Shown: positions 42,331 through 52,457 of the stretch, in pieces
Position numbering within the stretch: position 1 is the stretch's first letter
How the letters are laid out: every line of letters begins with the position of its first letter
DNA from: Erythrobacter sp.
GTDB taxonomy: Bacteria > Pseudomonadota > Alphaproteobacteria > Sphingomonadales > Sphingomonadaceae
Assembly (NCBI GenBank): GCA_049421965.1
Contig: JBMSNZ010000001.1
Coordinates: forward strand, 2,016-66,015
DNA: 64,000 bases
Reading direction: 5' to 3'
The notes under the pieces: generated by a model
Databases searched by the model: none
What the model saw: the letters and a program-made list of their open reading frames with translations, nothing else
What the model was told of the DNA's origin: nothing
Program-made: the position numbers and the translations under genes

Positions 42331-43890
42331 CTAGCCGATCCAGCCTAGCGCGAAAGCAGCGTAGGCGAGCCCCGCACCGGCTGCCGCCGCGACGAGATGG
42401 CCCGGCCAGTTACGGCGTGGCCGGGCGCCAGGCCCTGCAACCAGTTCGATTTCGGGCAGTGGCGGCGGCTCGGGCGCGCCGCCCTTGGCCGGGAACCTGT
42501 CTTCCACCCGACGTAGCAGGTCCGGCAACCGCAGCAGCGTTTTCACATTCTCGCGGATCGCATCGGCCAGTGCGGCTTCCGGGCCCAGTTCGTCGCGCAC
42601 CCAGTTGCGGACATAGGGTGCCGAAGTGTCCCACATATTGATCTGCGGGTTCAGCTGGGTGGCAATGCCTTCGACCATCACCATGGTCTTCTGCAGCAGC
42701 AGCAGGTGCGGCTGCGTCTGCATGTCGAAATCGCGGGTGATCGCGAACAGCCCGTCGAGCATCTGGCCGACGCTGAGTTCGCTCACCGGCTTGCCGCGCA
42801 TCGGCTCGCCCACCGCACGCAGCGCAGTCGCGAATTCGTCAACCGAATGGTAGCTCGGCACATATTGTGCTTCGAAATGGATTTCGGCGACGCGGCGGTA
42901 ATTGCCGGTGGTGAGGCCATAAAGGATCTCGGCCAGCCACATTCGCGCGCGGCGGTCGATCCGCCCCATGATGCCGAAATCGATCGCGACGATCGTGCCG
43001 TCATCCTCCACGAACAGATTGCCCTGGTGCATGTCGGCGTGGAAATAGCCGCCGGCGATCGCCTGAGTCAGGAAGGCAAGCACCAGCCGTTCGGCCAGCG
43101 CGGACAAATCGTGGCCCTTGGCCTTGAGTTCATCGACCCGGCTGATCTTGATGCCGTCGATCCATTCGATCGTCATCACGCGGCCGTTGGTCCGGTCCCA
43201 ATCGACTTCGGGCACGCGATATCCGGCGAAACCCTTCATCATCTCGGCCAGTTCCGAAGCCGAAGCCGCCTCGCGCCGCAGGTCAAGCTCGCGGTTGGTC
43301 CAGCGCTTGAAATTGGCGATCGTCAGCTGCGGGCGAAGTCGCCGCGCCTCGTCGCTGCCCAGCGCTTCGAGATGCGCTGCGGCCCATTCATAGGTGGCGA
43401 TGTCGCTGGCAAAGCGCTCGCGGATGCCGGGACGCAGCACCTTGACCGCGACCTGCCGCCCGTCACTGGTCACCGCGCGATGCACCTGCGCAATCGAGGC
43501 GGCACCGACCGGCTCGGGGTCGATCGACTGGAACAGTTGCGCGATCGGCTTGTCGAAGGCAGCGACAATGGATGCCTCGATCTCGCGAAATGGGACCGGC
43601 GGCAGGCTATCCTGCAGTGTCAGCAGATTGTTGGCCGCTTCTTCGCCGACGAGATCGGGCCGAGTGGCCAGCGTCTGGCCCAGCTTGATGGCGGCCGGAC
43701 CGATATCCTTGAAGGCGCCGGCATAATCCGGAACCCTGGGTTGGAAGGTGCCGAGGCGTGCCAGCCGCGCCAGCCGCTTGACTGGCAGCGGCGTGTTGGG
43801 ATCCTGCTCGATTCCGCGCAGCGCGCCGTGCCGCGCCAGCGTGCGGCCCCACTTCAGGAGCCGGAAGATATGCGTGCTCGGTCGTGGCAC
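42331..43890 (-). CDS. ubiB: Ubiquinone biosynthesis kinase-like protein UbiB
   Basis: IKLGQ, ASIAQVH, VAVKV, FHADMHQGN, IDFGIMG. Confidence 0.95.
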   Translation of the reverse strand: MPRPSTHIFRLLKWGRTLARHGALRGIEQDPNTPLPVKRLARLARLGTFQPRVPDYAGAFKDIGPAAIKLGQTLATRPDLVGEEAANNLLTLQDSLPPVPFREIEASIVAAFDKPIAQLFQSIDPEPVGAASIAQVHRAVTSDGRQVAVKVLRPGIRERFASDIATYEWAAAHLEALGSDEARRLRPQLTIANFKRWTNRELDLRREAASASELAEMMKGFAGYRVPEVDWDRTNGRVMTIEWIDGIKISRVDELKAKGHDLSALAERLVLAFLTQAIAGGYFHADMHQGNLFVEDDGTIVAIDFGIMGRIDRRARMWLAEILYGLTTGNYRRVAEIHFEAQYVPSYHSVDEFATALRAVGEPMRGKPVSELSVGQMLDGLFAITRDFDMQTQPHLLLLQKTMVMVEGIATQLNPQINMWDTSAPYVRNWVRDELGPEAALADAIRENVKTLLRLPDLLRRVEDRFPAKGGAPEPPPLPEIELVAGPGARPRRNWPGHLVAAAAGAGLAYAAFALGWIG

Positions 43891-43891
43891 G

Positions 43892-44623
43892 CTAGATCTT
43901 CCACCCCGAATGGATCGCGACGAGGCCGCCCATGATCGGCTCAACCCGCGTGTTCACGAAACCCGCCGCGCGGATCATCCGTTCGAATTCGGGCATGGTG
44001 GGGAAGCGGCGGATCGATTCGATCAGGTAGCGATAGGAATCCGCATCATCGGCGATCGCCTTGCCGATCGCCGGGACCAGCTTGTGCGAATAGAGATCGT
44101 AGACTTCCTTGAAGCCCGGCCACTCGGTGGTCGAGAATTCAAGGCAGTAGAACCGGCCGCCAGGCTTCAGCACCCGCTGCGCCTCGCGCAGCGCCTTGGG
44201 AATGTCCGTCACATTGCGGATGCCGAAGGCGATCGTATTGGCGTCGAAGGTATTAGCGGGATAAGACAGCTGCTCGGCGTTCTGGCAGCTCCAGACCAAC
44301 CCATCGATCCCGCGCTCCATGGCGCGTTCGACCCCGACATCGAGCATGTCCTGGTTGATGTCCGCCACAGTGACTTCGGCACCGCGCGCCGCCAGACGGA
44401 AGGCGATGTCACCGGTGCCCCCGGCCATGTCGAGAATGGCCTCGTGCGGCTGCGGCTTGACCCGGCGGACGAAGCGATCTTTCCACAGCCGGTGCATCCC
44501 GCCTGACATGGCATCGTTCATCACATCGTATTTGCGCGCGACATTGGAAAAGACCGCACCGACGCGGCGGGTCTTCTCATCGGGGGCCACTTCCTCGTAG
44601 CCGAAGGAAACCTTCTCACTCAT
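43892..44623 (-). CDS. ubiE: Ubiquinone/menaquinone C-methyltransferase UbiE
   Basis: SFGYEEV, YDVMNDAMSGG, LDMAGGTGD, CLEFS, YLIESI. Confidence 0.95.
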   Translation of the reverse strand: MSEKVSFGYEEVAPDEKTRRVGAVFSNVARKYDVMNDAMSGGMHRLWKDRFVRRVKPQPHEAILDMAGGTGDIAFRLAARGAEVTVADINQDMLDVGVERAMERGIDGLVWSCQNAEQLSYPANTFDANTIAFGIRNVTDIPKALREAQRVLKPGGRFYCLEFSTTEWPGFKEVYDLYSHKLVPAIGKAIADDADSYRYLIESIRRFPTMPEFERMIRAAGFVNTRVEPIMGGLVAIHSGWKI

Positions 44624-44679
44624 GGCCTTGCGCCTTAGATGGAATTGTCAGCGGGTCAAAGGGTGATAAGAGCCACCCC

Positions 44680-45495
44680 ATGCCCGAGCTTCCTGAAGTC
44701 GAAACAACGGTGCGCGGCCTCGCGCGGTTCCTCGAAGGGGCGCAGATTACCCGCGTCACGCTCAACCGGCCCGACTTGCGCCGCCCCTTTCCGGCAGGGC
44801 TGGTCCAGCTGCTGACCGGTGCGAGGATCACCAGCCTCGGCCGCCGCGCGAAATATGGACTGATCCACACCGACCGCGAGCAGACCATGGTGTTCCATCT
44901 CGGCATGAGCGGGCGATGGCGGATCGATCCGGCAGAAGCCGACCGGCACGATCACCTCGTGATCGAGACTGCTGAGCACCGCTTCGCATTATGCGATCCG
45001 CGCCGTTTCGGTTCGGTCGACCTGGTTGCCACAGGCGAACTTGCGGCCTGGCCGCCGTTTGCCGCGCTTGGCCCCGAGCCGCTGGGGCAAGAGCTTGATC
45101 CGCGCCGGCTCAAGGCCGCGCTGGCTGGCCGCAGCCAGTCGATCAAGCTGTGCCTGCTCGACCAGCGAATCGTCGCCGGGCTCGGCAACATCTATGTCTG
45201 CGAGGCGCTGTGGCGCGCGGGCATCCACCCGCGCCGCGCCGCGGGCAAGGTTACGCGCCCGCAGCTCGAACGGCTGGTGCCTGCGATCCGCGACGTGCTC
45301 GAACAATCGATCCGCGACGGCGGATCGACCTTGCGCGATTACGCCCAGCCCGATGGCGAGCTGGGATATTTCGCGACGCGCTTCGATGTCTACGGGCGCG
45401 ATGGCGAGGCCTGCCGACGCGCCGATGGCAGCACAATCCAGCGCATCGCCCAGGGCGGGCGCAGCAGCTGGTTCTGCCCGCGCTGCCAGAAGTAA
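44680..45495 (+). CDS. mutM: Formamidopyrimidine-DNA glycosylase
   Basis: [31 protein letters not shown]. Confidence 0.97.
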   Translation: MPELPEVETTVRGLARFLEGAQITRVTLNRPDLRRPFPAGLVQLLTGARITSLGRRAKYGLIHTDREQTMVFHLGMSGRWRIDPAEADRHDHLVIETAEHRFALCDPRRFGSVDLVATGELAAWPPFAALGPEPLGQELDPRRLKAALAGRSQSIKLCLLDQRIVAGLGNIYVCEALWRAGIHPRRAAGKVTRPQLERLVPAIRDVLEQSIRDGGSTLRDYAQPDGELGYFATRFDVYGRDGEACRRADGSTIQRIAQGGRSSWFCPRCQK

Positions 45496-45516
45496 GGCCG
45501 GGGACTCATGCTGTTC

Positions 45517-45545
45517 TTGACGATTGGCCTGCCCGCGACTATGTG
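45517..45545 (+). promoter_or_regulatory. Probable sigma70 promoter of rpsT
   Basis: TTGACG-N17-TATGTG about 90 nt upstream of the rpsT ATG. Confidence 0.5.
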
Positions 45546-45635
45546 GCCCGCTTTCCGGCGAGGAATCGCCGCCTTTCGTGCAACCTAACAGCAATTTATC
45601 CGGCCGCATCGGGCGGTCGAGAGACAAGGACGAAC

Positions 45636-45896
45636 ATGGCCAATACGCCGCAAGCCAAGAAGCGCATCCGCCGCAACGACCGCCGCGCCGAAGTGAACGG
45701 TGCGCGCATGAGCCGCATCCGCACTTTCGTGAAGAAGGTGGAAAGCGCGATCGAAGGCGGAGACAAGGCCGCAGCCGCCGAAGCGCTTAAGGCCGCACAG
45801 CCCGAACTGGCGCGCGGCGTGGCGCGCGGCGTGCTCCACAAGAACACCGTCGCACGCAAGATGAGCCGCCTGACCAAGCGAGTCGCGGCGCTCTGA
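45636..45896 (+). CDS. rpsT: 30S ribosomal protein S20
   Basis: [24 protein letters not shown]; AAGGA RBS. Confidence 0.97.
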   Translation: MANTPQAKKRIRRNDRRAEVNGARMSRIRTFVKKVESAIEGGDKAAAAEALKAAQPELARGVARGVLHKNTVARKMSRLTKRVAAL

Positions 45897-45932
45897 TTCG
45901 CTGTTTCGGGCCGCTCGGATGCGGCCTTGAAG

Positions 45933-45969
45933 GCAAAGGGCCGGCCCTTTCGGGGGCTGGCCCTTTTGC
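45933..45969 (+). terminator. rpsT intrinsic terminator
   Basis: GCAAAGGGCCGGCCC-TTTC-GGGGGCTGGCCCTTTTGC then TTTT. Confidence 0.8.
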
Positions 45970-46319
45970 TTTTCCGGCCAGTGCAAACCTATGCATCCGC
46001 GAAACCCTAGGATTTTCCGCGATTCGCACGCAATAAGCAGGTGAAATCCATATTTTTCAGATAGTTCAACGCAAGCCTGCGGGTTTGCGGCGAGTCAACC
46101 GAATTATTTCTGTTTTTTTACGTGCCGCCCCCTTGCGTCTGCGGAGAAGGCGTAGATAAACCGGAAATGCCTGGGGCTGGACAGCTCGGGTTTTTACAAG
46201 CTGAAGCGATGGGGGGACGCACGGAATCTCGTTTCCGGGCGGCAGTGAAGCTGTGCCATCGTGCGTGGATTTCAATGACCCCGGCAGCAGTCCGGGGAAG
46301 TGTCAGGATTGGTTGGGGA

Positions 46320-47786
46320 ATGGTCCAGAATAATGACAAGGCACGGGTGGCAAAACGCGCGATCGACGAAGACCTGATGGAGGACGCGGAAGCCGTAAAT
46401 CTCGCTGCCGACTGGGCCGATATCAGCCAGGGCTTGCGCAAGGATCTGGGCAACCAGCTGCACAGCCAGTGGATCAAGCCGATCCAGCTTGGCTCGCTGT
46501 GCAAGGAATCAGGCACGCTCGACCTTTTTCTGCCGACCGAATTCTCCGCCAACTGGGTCAAGGATCGTTTCCACGATCGGCTGCAACTGGCGTGGAAGAT
46601 CATGCGCAGCGAAGTGCGCAATGTGCGCATCTCGGTTCATCCGGGTCGGCGCCAGCTGCCCGATCTGATGCTGGGTTCGGGGCGGCGCCCGGCGAATGAC
46701 GGTGCGGAAACCAGCGCGATCGCGGTGGCCGCAGGCACGCTGGGCGATGCCGGCTTCACCAGCTCGGTCGGGCTCGACCCCTCGCTCACCTTCGCCGCCT
46801 TCGTGACTGGCGAAACCAATGTGCTGGCCTGCAACGCGGCGCAGCGCATGGCCGCAACCGAACCGCCGCAGTTCTCGCCGCTCTACCTCAAGGCAGCGAC
46901 CGGCCAGGGCAAGACCCACCTGCTGCATGCAATCGGCCATGGCTATCTGATGGCGCATCCGCGGGCGCGGATTTTCTACTGCTCGGCCGAACGCTTCATG
47001 GTCGAATTCGTCCAGGCTCTCAAAGCCAACCAGATGATCGAGTTCAAGGCGCGGCTGCGCAGCTTCGACCTGCTGCTGGTGGACGATATCCAATTCATCA
47101 TCGGCAAGGCGAGCGCGCAGGAAGAGCTGCTTTACACGATCGATGCGCTGCTGGCCGAAGGCAAGCGGCTGGTGTTCGCCGCCGATCGCGCGCCGCAAGC
47201 GCTCGATGGCGTCGAACCGCGCCTGCTCAGCCGCCTGTCGATGGGGCTGGTTGCCGATATCCAGCCGGCCGATATCGAATTGCGCCGCTCGATCCTCGAA
47301 TCTAAGCTCACGCGCTTTGCGCCGCTCGATGTGCCCGAGGATGTGGTCGATTTCCTCGCCCGCACGATCACCCGCAATGTTCGTGAACTGGTGGGCGGCC
47401 TCAACAAGCTGATCGCCTATGCCCAGCTGACCGGTCAGGAAGTGTCGCTCCAGCTGGCCGAGGAACAGCTGACCGATATCCTTTCGGCCAACCGCCGCCG
47501 GATCACGATCGACGAGATCCAGCGCACCGTGTGCCAGTTCTACCGCAGCGACCGCGCGGAAATGTCGTCGAAGCGCCGCGCCCGTGCCGTGGTGCGCCCG
47601 CGCCAGGTGGCAATGTATCTGGCCAAGGTGCTGACCCCGCGCAGCTACCCCGAGATCGGGCGCAAGTTCGGCGGGCGTGACCATTCGACCGTGATCCACG
47701 CCGTGCGGCTGATCGAGGACCTGCGCAAGCGCGACGCGGATATGGACGGCGATGTGCGCAGCCTGCTGCGGCAACTGGAAAGCTGA
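46320..47786 (+). CDS. dnaA: Chromosomal replication initiator DnaA
   Basis: SQWIKPI, TFAAFVTG, TGQGKTHLL, LLVDDIQF, RSYPEIG..FGGRDHSTVIHA; start 46320 or 46377. Confidence 0.97.
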   Translation: MVQNNDKARVAKRAIDEDLMEDAEAVNLAADWADISQGLRKDLGNQLHSQWIKPIQLGSLCKESGTLDLFLPTEFSANWVKDRFHDRLQLAWKIMRSEVRNVRISVHPGRRQLPDLMLGSGRRPANDGAETSAIAVAAGTLGDAGFTSSVGLDPSLTFAAFVTGETNVLACNAAQRMAATEPPQFSPLYLKAATGQGKTHLLHAIGHGYLMAHPRARIFYCSAERFMVEFVQALKANQMIEFKARLRSFDLLLVDDIQFIIGKASAQEELLYTIDALLAEGKRLVFAADRAPQALDGVEPRLLSRLSMGLVADIQPADIELRRSILESKLTRFAPLDVPEDVVDFLARTITRNVRELVGGLNKLIAYAQLTGQEVSLQLAEEQLTDILSANRRRITIDEIQRTVCQFYRSDRAEMSSKRRARAVVRPRQVAMYLAKVLTPRSYPEIGRKFGGRDHSTVIHAVRLIEDLRKRDADMDGDVRSLLRQLES

Positions 47787-47817
47787 GCCGCGCCGCCTCA
47801 GGACCTACCGCAACCTG

Positions 47818-47861
47818 TTACCCACTGCTGATCGACAGGCCTGTCCACAGGCTTGTCGACA
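47818..47861 (+). promoter_or_regulatory. Array of four phased degenerate DnaA boxes
   Basis: TTACCCACT, TGATCGACA, CTGTCCACA, TTGTCGACA at 47818, 47829, 47841 and 47853. Confidence 0.5.
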
Positions 47862-47891
47862 GCGCGTGAACGGCGTGTAAACAGCTTGTCC

Positions 47892-48674
47892 ATGGCTTCT
47901 GCACCGCTTTCTCCCCAGCGCCTTGACCGGTTCGCCCGGCATATCGTGCTGCCCGAGATCGGCGGTGCCGGTCAGGTGGCGCTGAGCAAGCGGCACATTG
48001 CGCTGATCGGCCTTGGCGGGATCGGCTCGCCCGCGCTGCAATATCTCGCCGCCGCCGGGGTCGGGCGGTTGACGCTGGTCGATGACGATACGGTCGATGC
48101 CAGCAATCTGCAGCGGCAGACGATCTTCACCGCGCGTGACGTGGGCCATGGCAAGGCGGTGAGCGCGCGCCGCTGGCTCGCCAATTTCGACGAAGCGCTG
48201 GCGGTCGAGATCAGCGATGCGCGGATCACATCCGACAATGCCGCACAGCTGCTTGGCGGAGCCGACCTTGTACTCGACGGGACCGACAATTTCGCGACGA
48301 GGCTGGCGGTTTCCGACGCCTGTGTGGCGGCAGGTATCCCGCTTCTGTCGGCGGCAGTCGGCCGGTTCCAGGGCCAAGTGGGGGCCTTCGCCGGGCATCG
48401 GCCCGGCCACTCGTGCTATCGCTGCGTTGTTGGTGATGCCTTCGATGCCGAGGATTGCGACACCTGCGCCGAAGACGGCATGCTGGGCGCCATGGCGGGC
48501 TGGACCGGCGCCTTTGCCGCGATGCAGGCGGTGCGCGTGCTGCTGGATGGCGTCAGCGCCTTTGGCGATGCGCAGTGGGGCAAGCTGCATGTGCTCGACG
48601 GGATGGCTCCGGGAATGCGGACACTGACGATCGCCAAGGATCCGGCCTGCAAGGCCTGCGGCTCAGAGCGCTAG
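47892..48674 (+). CDS. moeB: HesA/MoeB/ThiF family adenylyltransferase
   Basis: RFARHIVLPEIG, GLGGIG, SNLQRQ, DGTDNF, CYRC and CKAC Zn sites. Confidence 0.85.
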   Translation: MASAPLSPQRLDRFARHIVLPEIGGAGQVALSKRHIALIGLGGIGSPALQYLAAAGVGRLTLVDDDTVDASNLQRQTIFTARDVGHGKAVSARRWLANFDEALAVEISDARITSDNAAQLLGGADLVLDGTDNFATRLAVSDACVAAGIPLLSAAVGRFQGQVGAFAGHRPGHSCYRCVVGDAFDAEDCDTCAEDGMLGAMAGWTGAFAAMQAVRVLLDGVSAFGDAQWGKLHVLDGMAPGMRTLTIAKDPACKACGSER

Positions 48675-49373
48675 CATCTCGTCCACCCAGGCAGGCACAA
48701 GTTCGCCCGCCCTGCCCAGCCGGGATTCGTAGAACCAGCCGGAGCCTTCGCTCCGTTCGAGGTTGATCTCGAGCGTGCGTGCGCCCAGTTCCCTCGCGTC
48801 GCGCACGAACCCCGCCGCCGGATAGACCGCTCCGGATGTGCCGATGCTGACGAACAGATCGGCCTCGCGCAGCGCACGGTAGATGCGATCCATCTCGTAT
48901 GGCATTTCGCCGAACCAGACGACGTCGGGCCGCAGCATCGGCGCGCCGCACACCGGGCATGGCGGGCGGTCGATCATCGGCGCATCCCACCGGCTGCGCA
49001 CCTCGCAGGCGCGGCACAGCGCACTTTTCAGCTCGCCATGCATATGCAGCACCCGGCGCGCGCCCGCACGCTCGTGCAGATCATCGACATTCTGAGTCAC
49101 GATCAGGAGCGAACCGCGCTTCCAGCCACGATCGAGCCGCGCCAGCGCGTCGTGGGCGGGATTGGGCAGCACCTTGCCCAACGCCTCGCGCCGCAGGTCG
49201 TAGAAGCGCAGCACCAGATCGGGATCGCAGGCGAACCCTTCGGGCGTGGCGACATCCTCGACGCGGTGCTGCTCCCACAGCCCGCCCGCGGCCCGGAAGG
49301 TGTCGATCCCGCTTTCGGCGGATATTCCCGCGCCGGTCAGGATCACGAGGTTGCGAATATCATCCATTGCCAT
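48663..49373 (-). CDS. cobB: NAD-dependent deacylase (sirtuin)
   Basis: TGAGISAESG, VTQNVDDLHE, HMHG, CRAC/CPVC, GTSGAVYPAA. Confidence 0.93.
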   Translation of the reverse strand: MAMDDIRNLVILTGAGISAESGIDTFRAAGGLWEQHRVEDVATPEGFACDPDLVLRFYDLRREALGKVLPNPAHDALARLDRGWKRGSLLIVTQNVDDLHERAGARRVLHMHGELKSALCRACEVRSRWDAPMIDRPPCPVCGAPMLRPDVVWFGEMPYEMDRIYRALREADLFVSIGTSGAVYPAAGFVRDARELGARTLEINLERSEGSGWFYESRLGRAGELVPAWVDEMLAL

Positions 49374-49440
49374 CAAGTAGCATGACGTTAAGGCGGCAAG
49401 AACTCCGCGTCGCGAGACAATGGGGGATCGGAGAGACGCA

Positions 49441-50169
49441 ATGGCTCAGTTCGGGATCATCGGGCACAAGGGCCGGATGGGGCAGGCGCTGCTGAAGGCG
49501 GTGGCCGATGCCGGGCACGAGGTTGCAGGCGGCGTGGACGCCGGCGACCAGCCAGGTCCGCTGGCAACCCGCTGCGACGCGCTGATCGATTTTTCCGCTC
49601 CAGCGGCGCTCGCGGCCAACCTCGGCGCCGCGCGGGTGGCTGGCGTGGCCCTCCAGCTCGGCCCCACCCGCCGTGGCGCCCAACATCACCGCATGATCGA
49701 CGAGGCAGCGCAGGGCATTGCGGTGCTCCAGACCGGTAACACTTCGCTGGGCGTCACGCTGCTGGCGCATCTCGTCCATGAGGCTGCGCAGCGCCTTGGC
49801 CCCGAGTGGGATATCGAGATCGTCGAGATGCATCACCGCATGAAGGTCGATGCCCCGTCAGGCACCGCCAGGCTGCTCGGCGAAGCCGCAGCGGAAGGGC
49901 GCGGGATCGAGCTTGCCGCCCACAGCGAACGTGGCCGCGATGGCAACACCGGCGCGCGCCAGCGCGGTGCTATCGGCTTTGCCAGCCTGCGCGGTGGCAC
50001 GGTTGCAGGCGATCACAGCGTGATCTTTGCCGGCGATGAGGAGCGCATCACGCTGTCGCACCTGGCCGAGAACCGGATGATTTTCGCCCGCGGCGCGGTG
50101 AAGGCTGCTGCCTGGCTGATCGGCAAGCCACCCGGCCGCTACACCATGGCGCAAGTGCTGGAGCTGTGA
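49441..50169 (+). CDS. dapB: 4-hydroxy-tetrahydrodipicolinate reductase
   Basis: GRMG, IDFS, EMHHRMKVDAPSGTA, RGGTVAGDH, FARGA; the GTTG region is divergent (possible sequence error). Confidence 0.92.
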   Translation: MAQFGIIGHKGRMGQALLKAVADAGHEVAGGVDAGDQPGPLATRCDALIDFSAPAALAANLGAARVAGVALQLGPTRRGAQHHRMIDEAAQGIAVLQTGNTSLGVTLLAHLVHEAAQRLGPEWDIEIVEMHHRMKVDAPSGTARLLGEAAAEGRGIELAAHSERGRDGNTGARQRGAIGFASLRGGTVAGDHSVIFAGDEERITLSHLAENRMIFARGAVKAAAWLIGKPPGRYTMAQVLEL

Positions 50170-51005
50170 ATGCCATGATGCTGCGACGGTTCCTCTACCA
50201 GCAACTTCACGTCGGTTCGGAACGCGACGGGCGGCTGACGCCGCTCAACAAGCTGCTGGTGTGCGTGATCGTGGCGGCAGTCATAACCGCCATCATGGCG
50301 ACCGAGGTCGAGTTTGACCGGATTTGGCATGACGAGATCCTGATGGTCGAATTCGGTTTCGGCCTGATCTTCCTCGCCGAGTATATCGCGCGGGTTTACT
50401 CGGTGGTGGAGACGCCCGGACCCGGGTCAAATCTCTCGAAACGCCTGCGCTTTGTCGTTTCGCCCTTGGGCCTGATCGACCTCGCGGTTGTCGCGCTCAC
50501 CTTTGCCCCGCTGTTCATCTCGCATCCCGAAGTGCTGCGGGTGGCGCGTTTGCTGCGTGTCATCTCGATCATGAAGTTTGGCCGGTTTACGGTGGCAACC
50601 CGCGAGATGGCCATGGCGATCCGTGAGCGAAGTTACGACCTCCTGGTCTGCCTCGGCTTCGCCTTTGTGTTCCTGCTGGCTGGCGCGAGCGCGCTCTATT
50701 GGATCGAAGGTGACCTGCAGCCGGAAGCCTTTGGCAGCATACCGCGCGCGCTGTGGTGGGCGGTGATCACCTTTACCACGGTGGGATATGGCGATGCCTA
50801 TCCGATCACTGCGGCGGGCCGCATCGTTGGCTCGGCGGTGGCCATCACCGGCGTACTGCTGGTCGCCCTGCCGACCGGAATTGTCGCGGCAGCGTTCAGC
50901 GACGCGATGCAGCATCGCCGCGAAGAGATCGCCAAGGCACTGCGCGAGCTTGAACTCGAAGAGGAACGGGCGGTGCCGGACGAGGAAGCAAGCGACATCA
51001 CGTGA
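50166..51005 (+). CDS. Six-TM potassium channel (ion transport protein)
   Basis: S4-like LRVARLLRVISIMK; selectivity filter TTVGYGD. Confidence 0.88.
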   Translation: MNAMMLRRFLYQQLHVGSERDGRLTPLNKLLVCVIVAAVITAIMATEVEFDRIWHDEILMVEFGFGLIFLAEYIARVYSVVETPGPGSNLSKRLRFVVSPLGLIDLAVVALTFAPLFISHPEVLRVARLLRVISIMKFGRFTVATREMAMAIRERSYDLLVCLGFAFVFLLAGASALYWIEGDLQPEAFGSIPRALWWAVITFTTVGYGDAYPITAAGRIVGSAVAITGVLLVALPTGIVAAAFSDAMQHRREEIAKALRELELEEERAVPDEEASDIT

Positions 51006-51751
51006 CGCAGGACTTCGCTCCCGACCAAGGCCGCAACCGCCCGGCCGAGTATGCTGCTAGGTCCTGGAACGGCGATCGCGCAACCCGGTTCTACCCGCGC
51101 GCCGCAGCGTTCGCTATCGCTGTGGCGCTGGCCGGATTCTTTCTCACCTATCTTCGGCCCATGGCGCTCGGGCGCTTCGACGGCCCGGCCATGTCGCATC
51201 TGCACGGCGCGTTGCTGTTTTCATGGCTGCTGCTGGTCATGGTCCAGAGCCTGCGACTGCGGTCGCACCGGAAGCTGGGCTGGATCGCGCTTGCGCTGGC
51301 ACTCGCAATAGCCGCCAGCACAATGGCGATCGGAGTTGAGGCGACGCGGCGGGACCTGGCCAATGGCATCGTCACCGGAATGGCCGGCAACGTCACCGCC
51401 CCGCTGGTGTTCTGCGGGCTTGTCGGCGCGGCCATCTGGCTGCGCGGGCAACCGCAGTGGCACAAGCGCCTGATCCTGATCGCAACTGTGGTGATGCTAT
51501 GGCCAGCCTGGTTCCGCTGGCGCCACTTCCTGCCGTGGATGCCTCGCCCCGATGTCAGCCTCGGCCTGATCGTGGCGAACCTGCCGATTGCCATTGCCAT
51601 GCTGCGCGATCGCCTGCGCTTTGGCGCGGTGCATCCGGCCTACTGGCTGGTCGGTGTCCCCGTTTTCCTGTGGCAAGCTTTCGAAGTCGCCGCCTTCGGC
51701 AGTCCAGGATGGACAGCGTTCGGCATGTGGCTCTACCGGCTGATGGCATGA
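51002..51751 (+). CDS. Uncharacterised multi-TM membrane protein
   Basis: About seven hydrophobic helices; HLHG, HRKLG, WHKRL; overlaps both neighbours by 4 nt. Confidence 0.65.
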   Translation: MTQDFAPDQGRNRPAEYAARSWNGDRATRFYPRAAAFAIAVALAGFFLTYLRPMALGRFDGPAMSHLHGALLFSWLLLVMVQSLRLRSHRKLGWIALALALAIAASTMAIGVEATRRDLANGIVTGMAGNVTAPLVFCGLVGAAIWLRGQPQWHKRLILIATVVMLWPAWFRWRHFLPWMPRPDVSLGLIVANLPIAIAMLRDRLRFGAVHPAYWLVGVPVFLWQAFEVAAFGSPGWTAFGMWLYRLMA

Positions 51752-52395
51752 CGAAAGACCAGATCTTCGAATTCTTCCGCCGGTTGGCAGAAGACAATCC
51801 CGCGCCGGAAACCGAGCTCGAATATGGCAATGCCTACCAGCTGGTTGTGGCGGTGGCGCTGAGCGCGCAGGCCACCGACGTGGGCGTGAACAAGGCGACC
51901 CGCGCGCTGTTCCGCAAGGTCGAGACACCGCAGCAGATGCTCGATCTGGGCGAAGACGGCCTTAAGGAGCACATCAAGACAATCGGCCTGTTCAATTCCA
52001 AAGCCAAGAACGTGATCGCCCTGAGCCAGCTCCTGGTCGATCAATACGGCGGCGAGGTCCCATCCACCCGCGAAGAACTGGTCAAACTCCCCGGAGTGGG
52101 CCGGAAAACCGCCAATGTCGTGCTCAATTGCTGGTTCGGCCAGGAAACCTTTGCGGTCGATACCCACATCTTCCGTGTCGGCAACCGCACCGGGCTGGCG
52201 AAGGGCAAGACACCGGAGCAGGTCGAAGCGAAACTGGAAAAGCGGGTGCCCCAGCCGTTTCGCCTCCATGCGCACCACTGGCTGATCCTGCACGGGCGCT
52301 ATGTCTGCAAGGCGCGAACGCCCGAATGCTGGCGCTGCAAGGTGGCAGACCTGTGCAGCTTCAAGAAGAAGGTGCCGGAGAAGGGCAAGGGCTGA
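51748..52395 (+). CDS. nth: Endonuclease III
   Basis: LSAQATD, HhH LPGVGRKTANVV, VDTH, CxxxxxxCxxCxxxxxC cluster. Confidence 0.97.
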   Translation: MTKDQIFEFFRRLAEDNPAPETELEYGNAYQLVVAVALSAQATDVGVNKATRALFRKVETPQQMLDLGEDGLKEHIKTIGLFNSKAKNVIALSQLLVDQYGGEVPSTREELVKLPGVGRKTANVVLNCWFGQETFAVDTHIFRVGNRTGLAKGKTPEQVEAKLEKRVPQPFRLHAHHWLILHGRYVCKARTPECWRCKVADLCSFKKKVPEKGKG

Positions 52396-52457
52396 GCAGC
52401 TTGCCAAGCGCGCAGGTGCGGCGCATGTTCTCCCCATCTCAGGTGGAGGACAGGTCC

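Noticed and set aside
49645-49680. DapB lacks its GTTG motif (reads LQLGPTRRG)
   Set aside because: Several clustered substitutions, some of them A-to-C type, in an otherwise intact essential gene. This is more consistent with local base-calling or consensus error than with biology; it needs read inspection.
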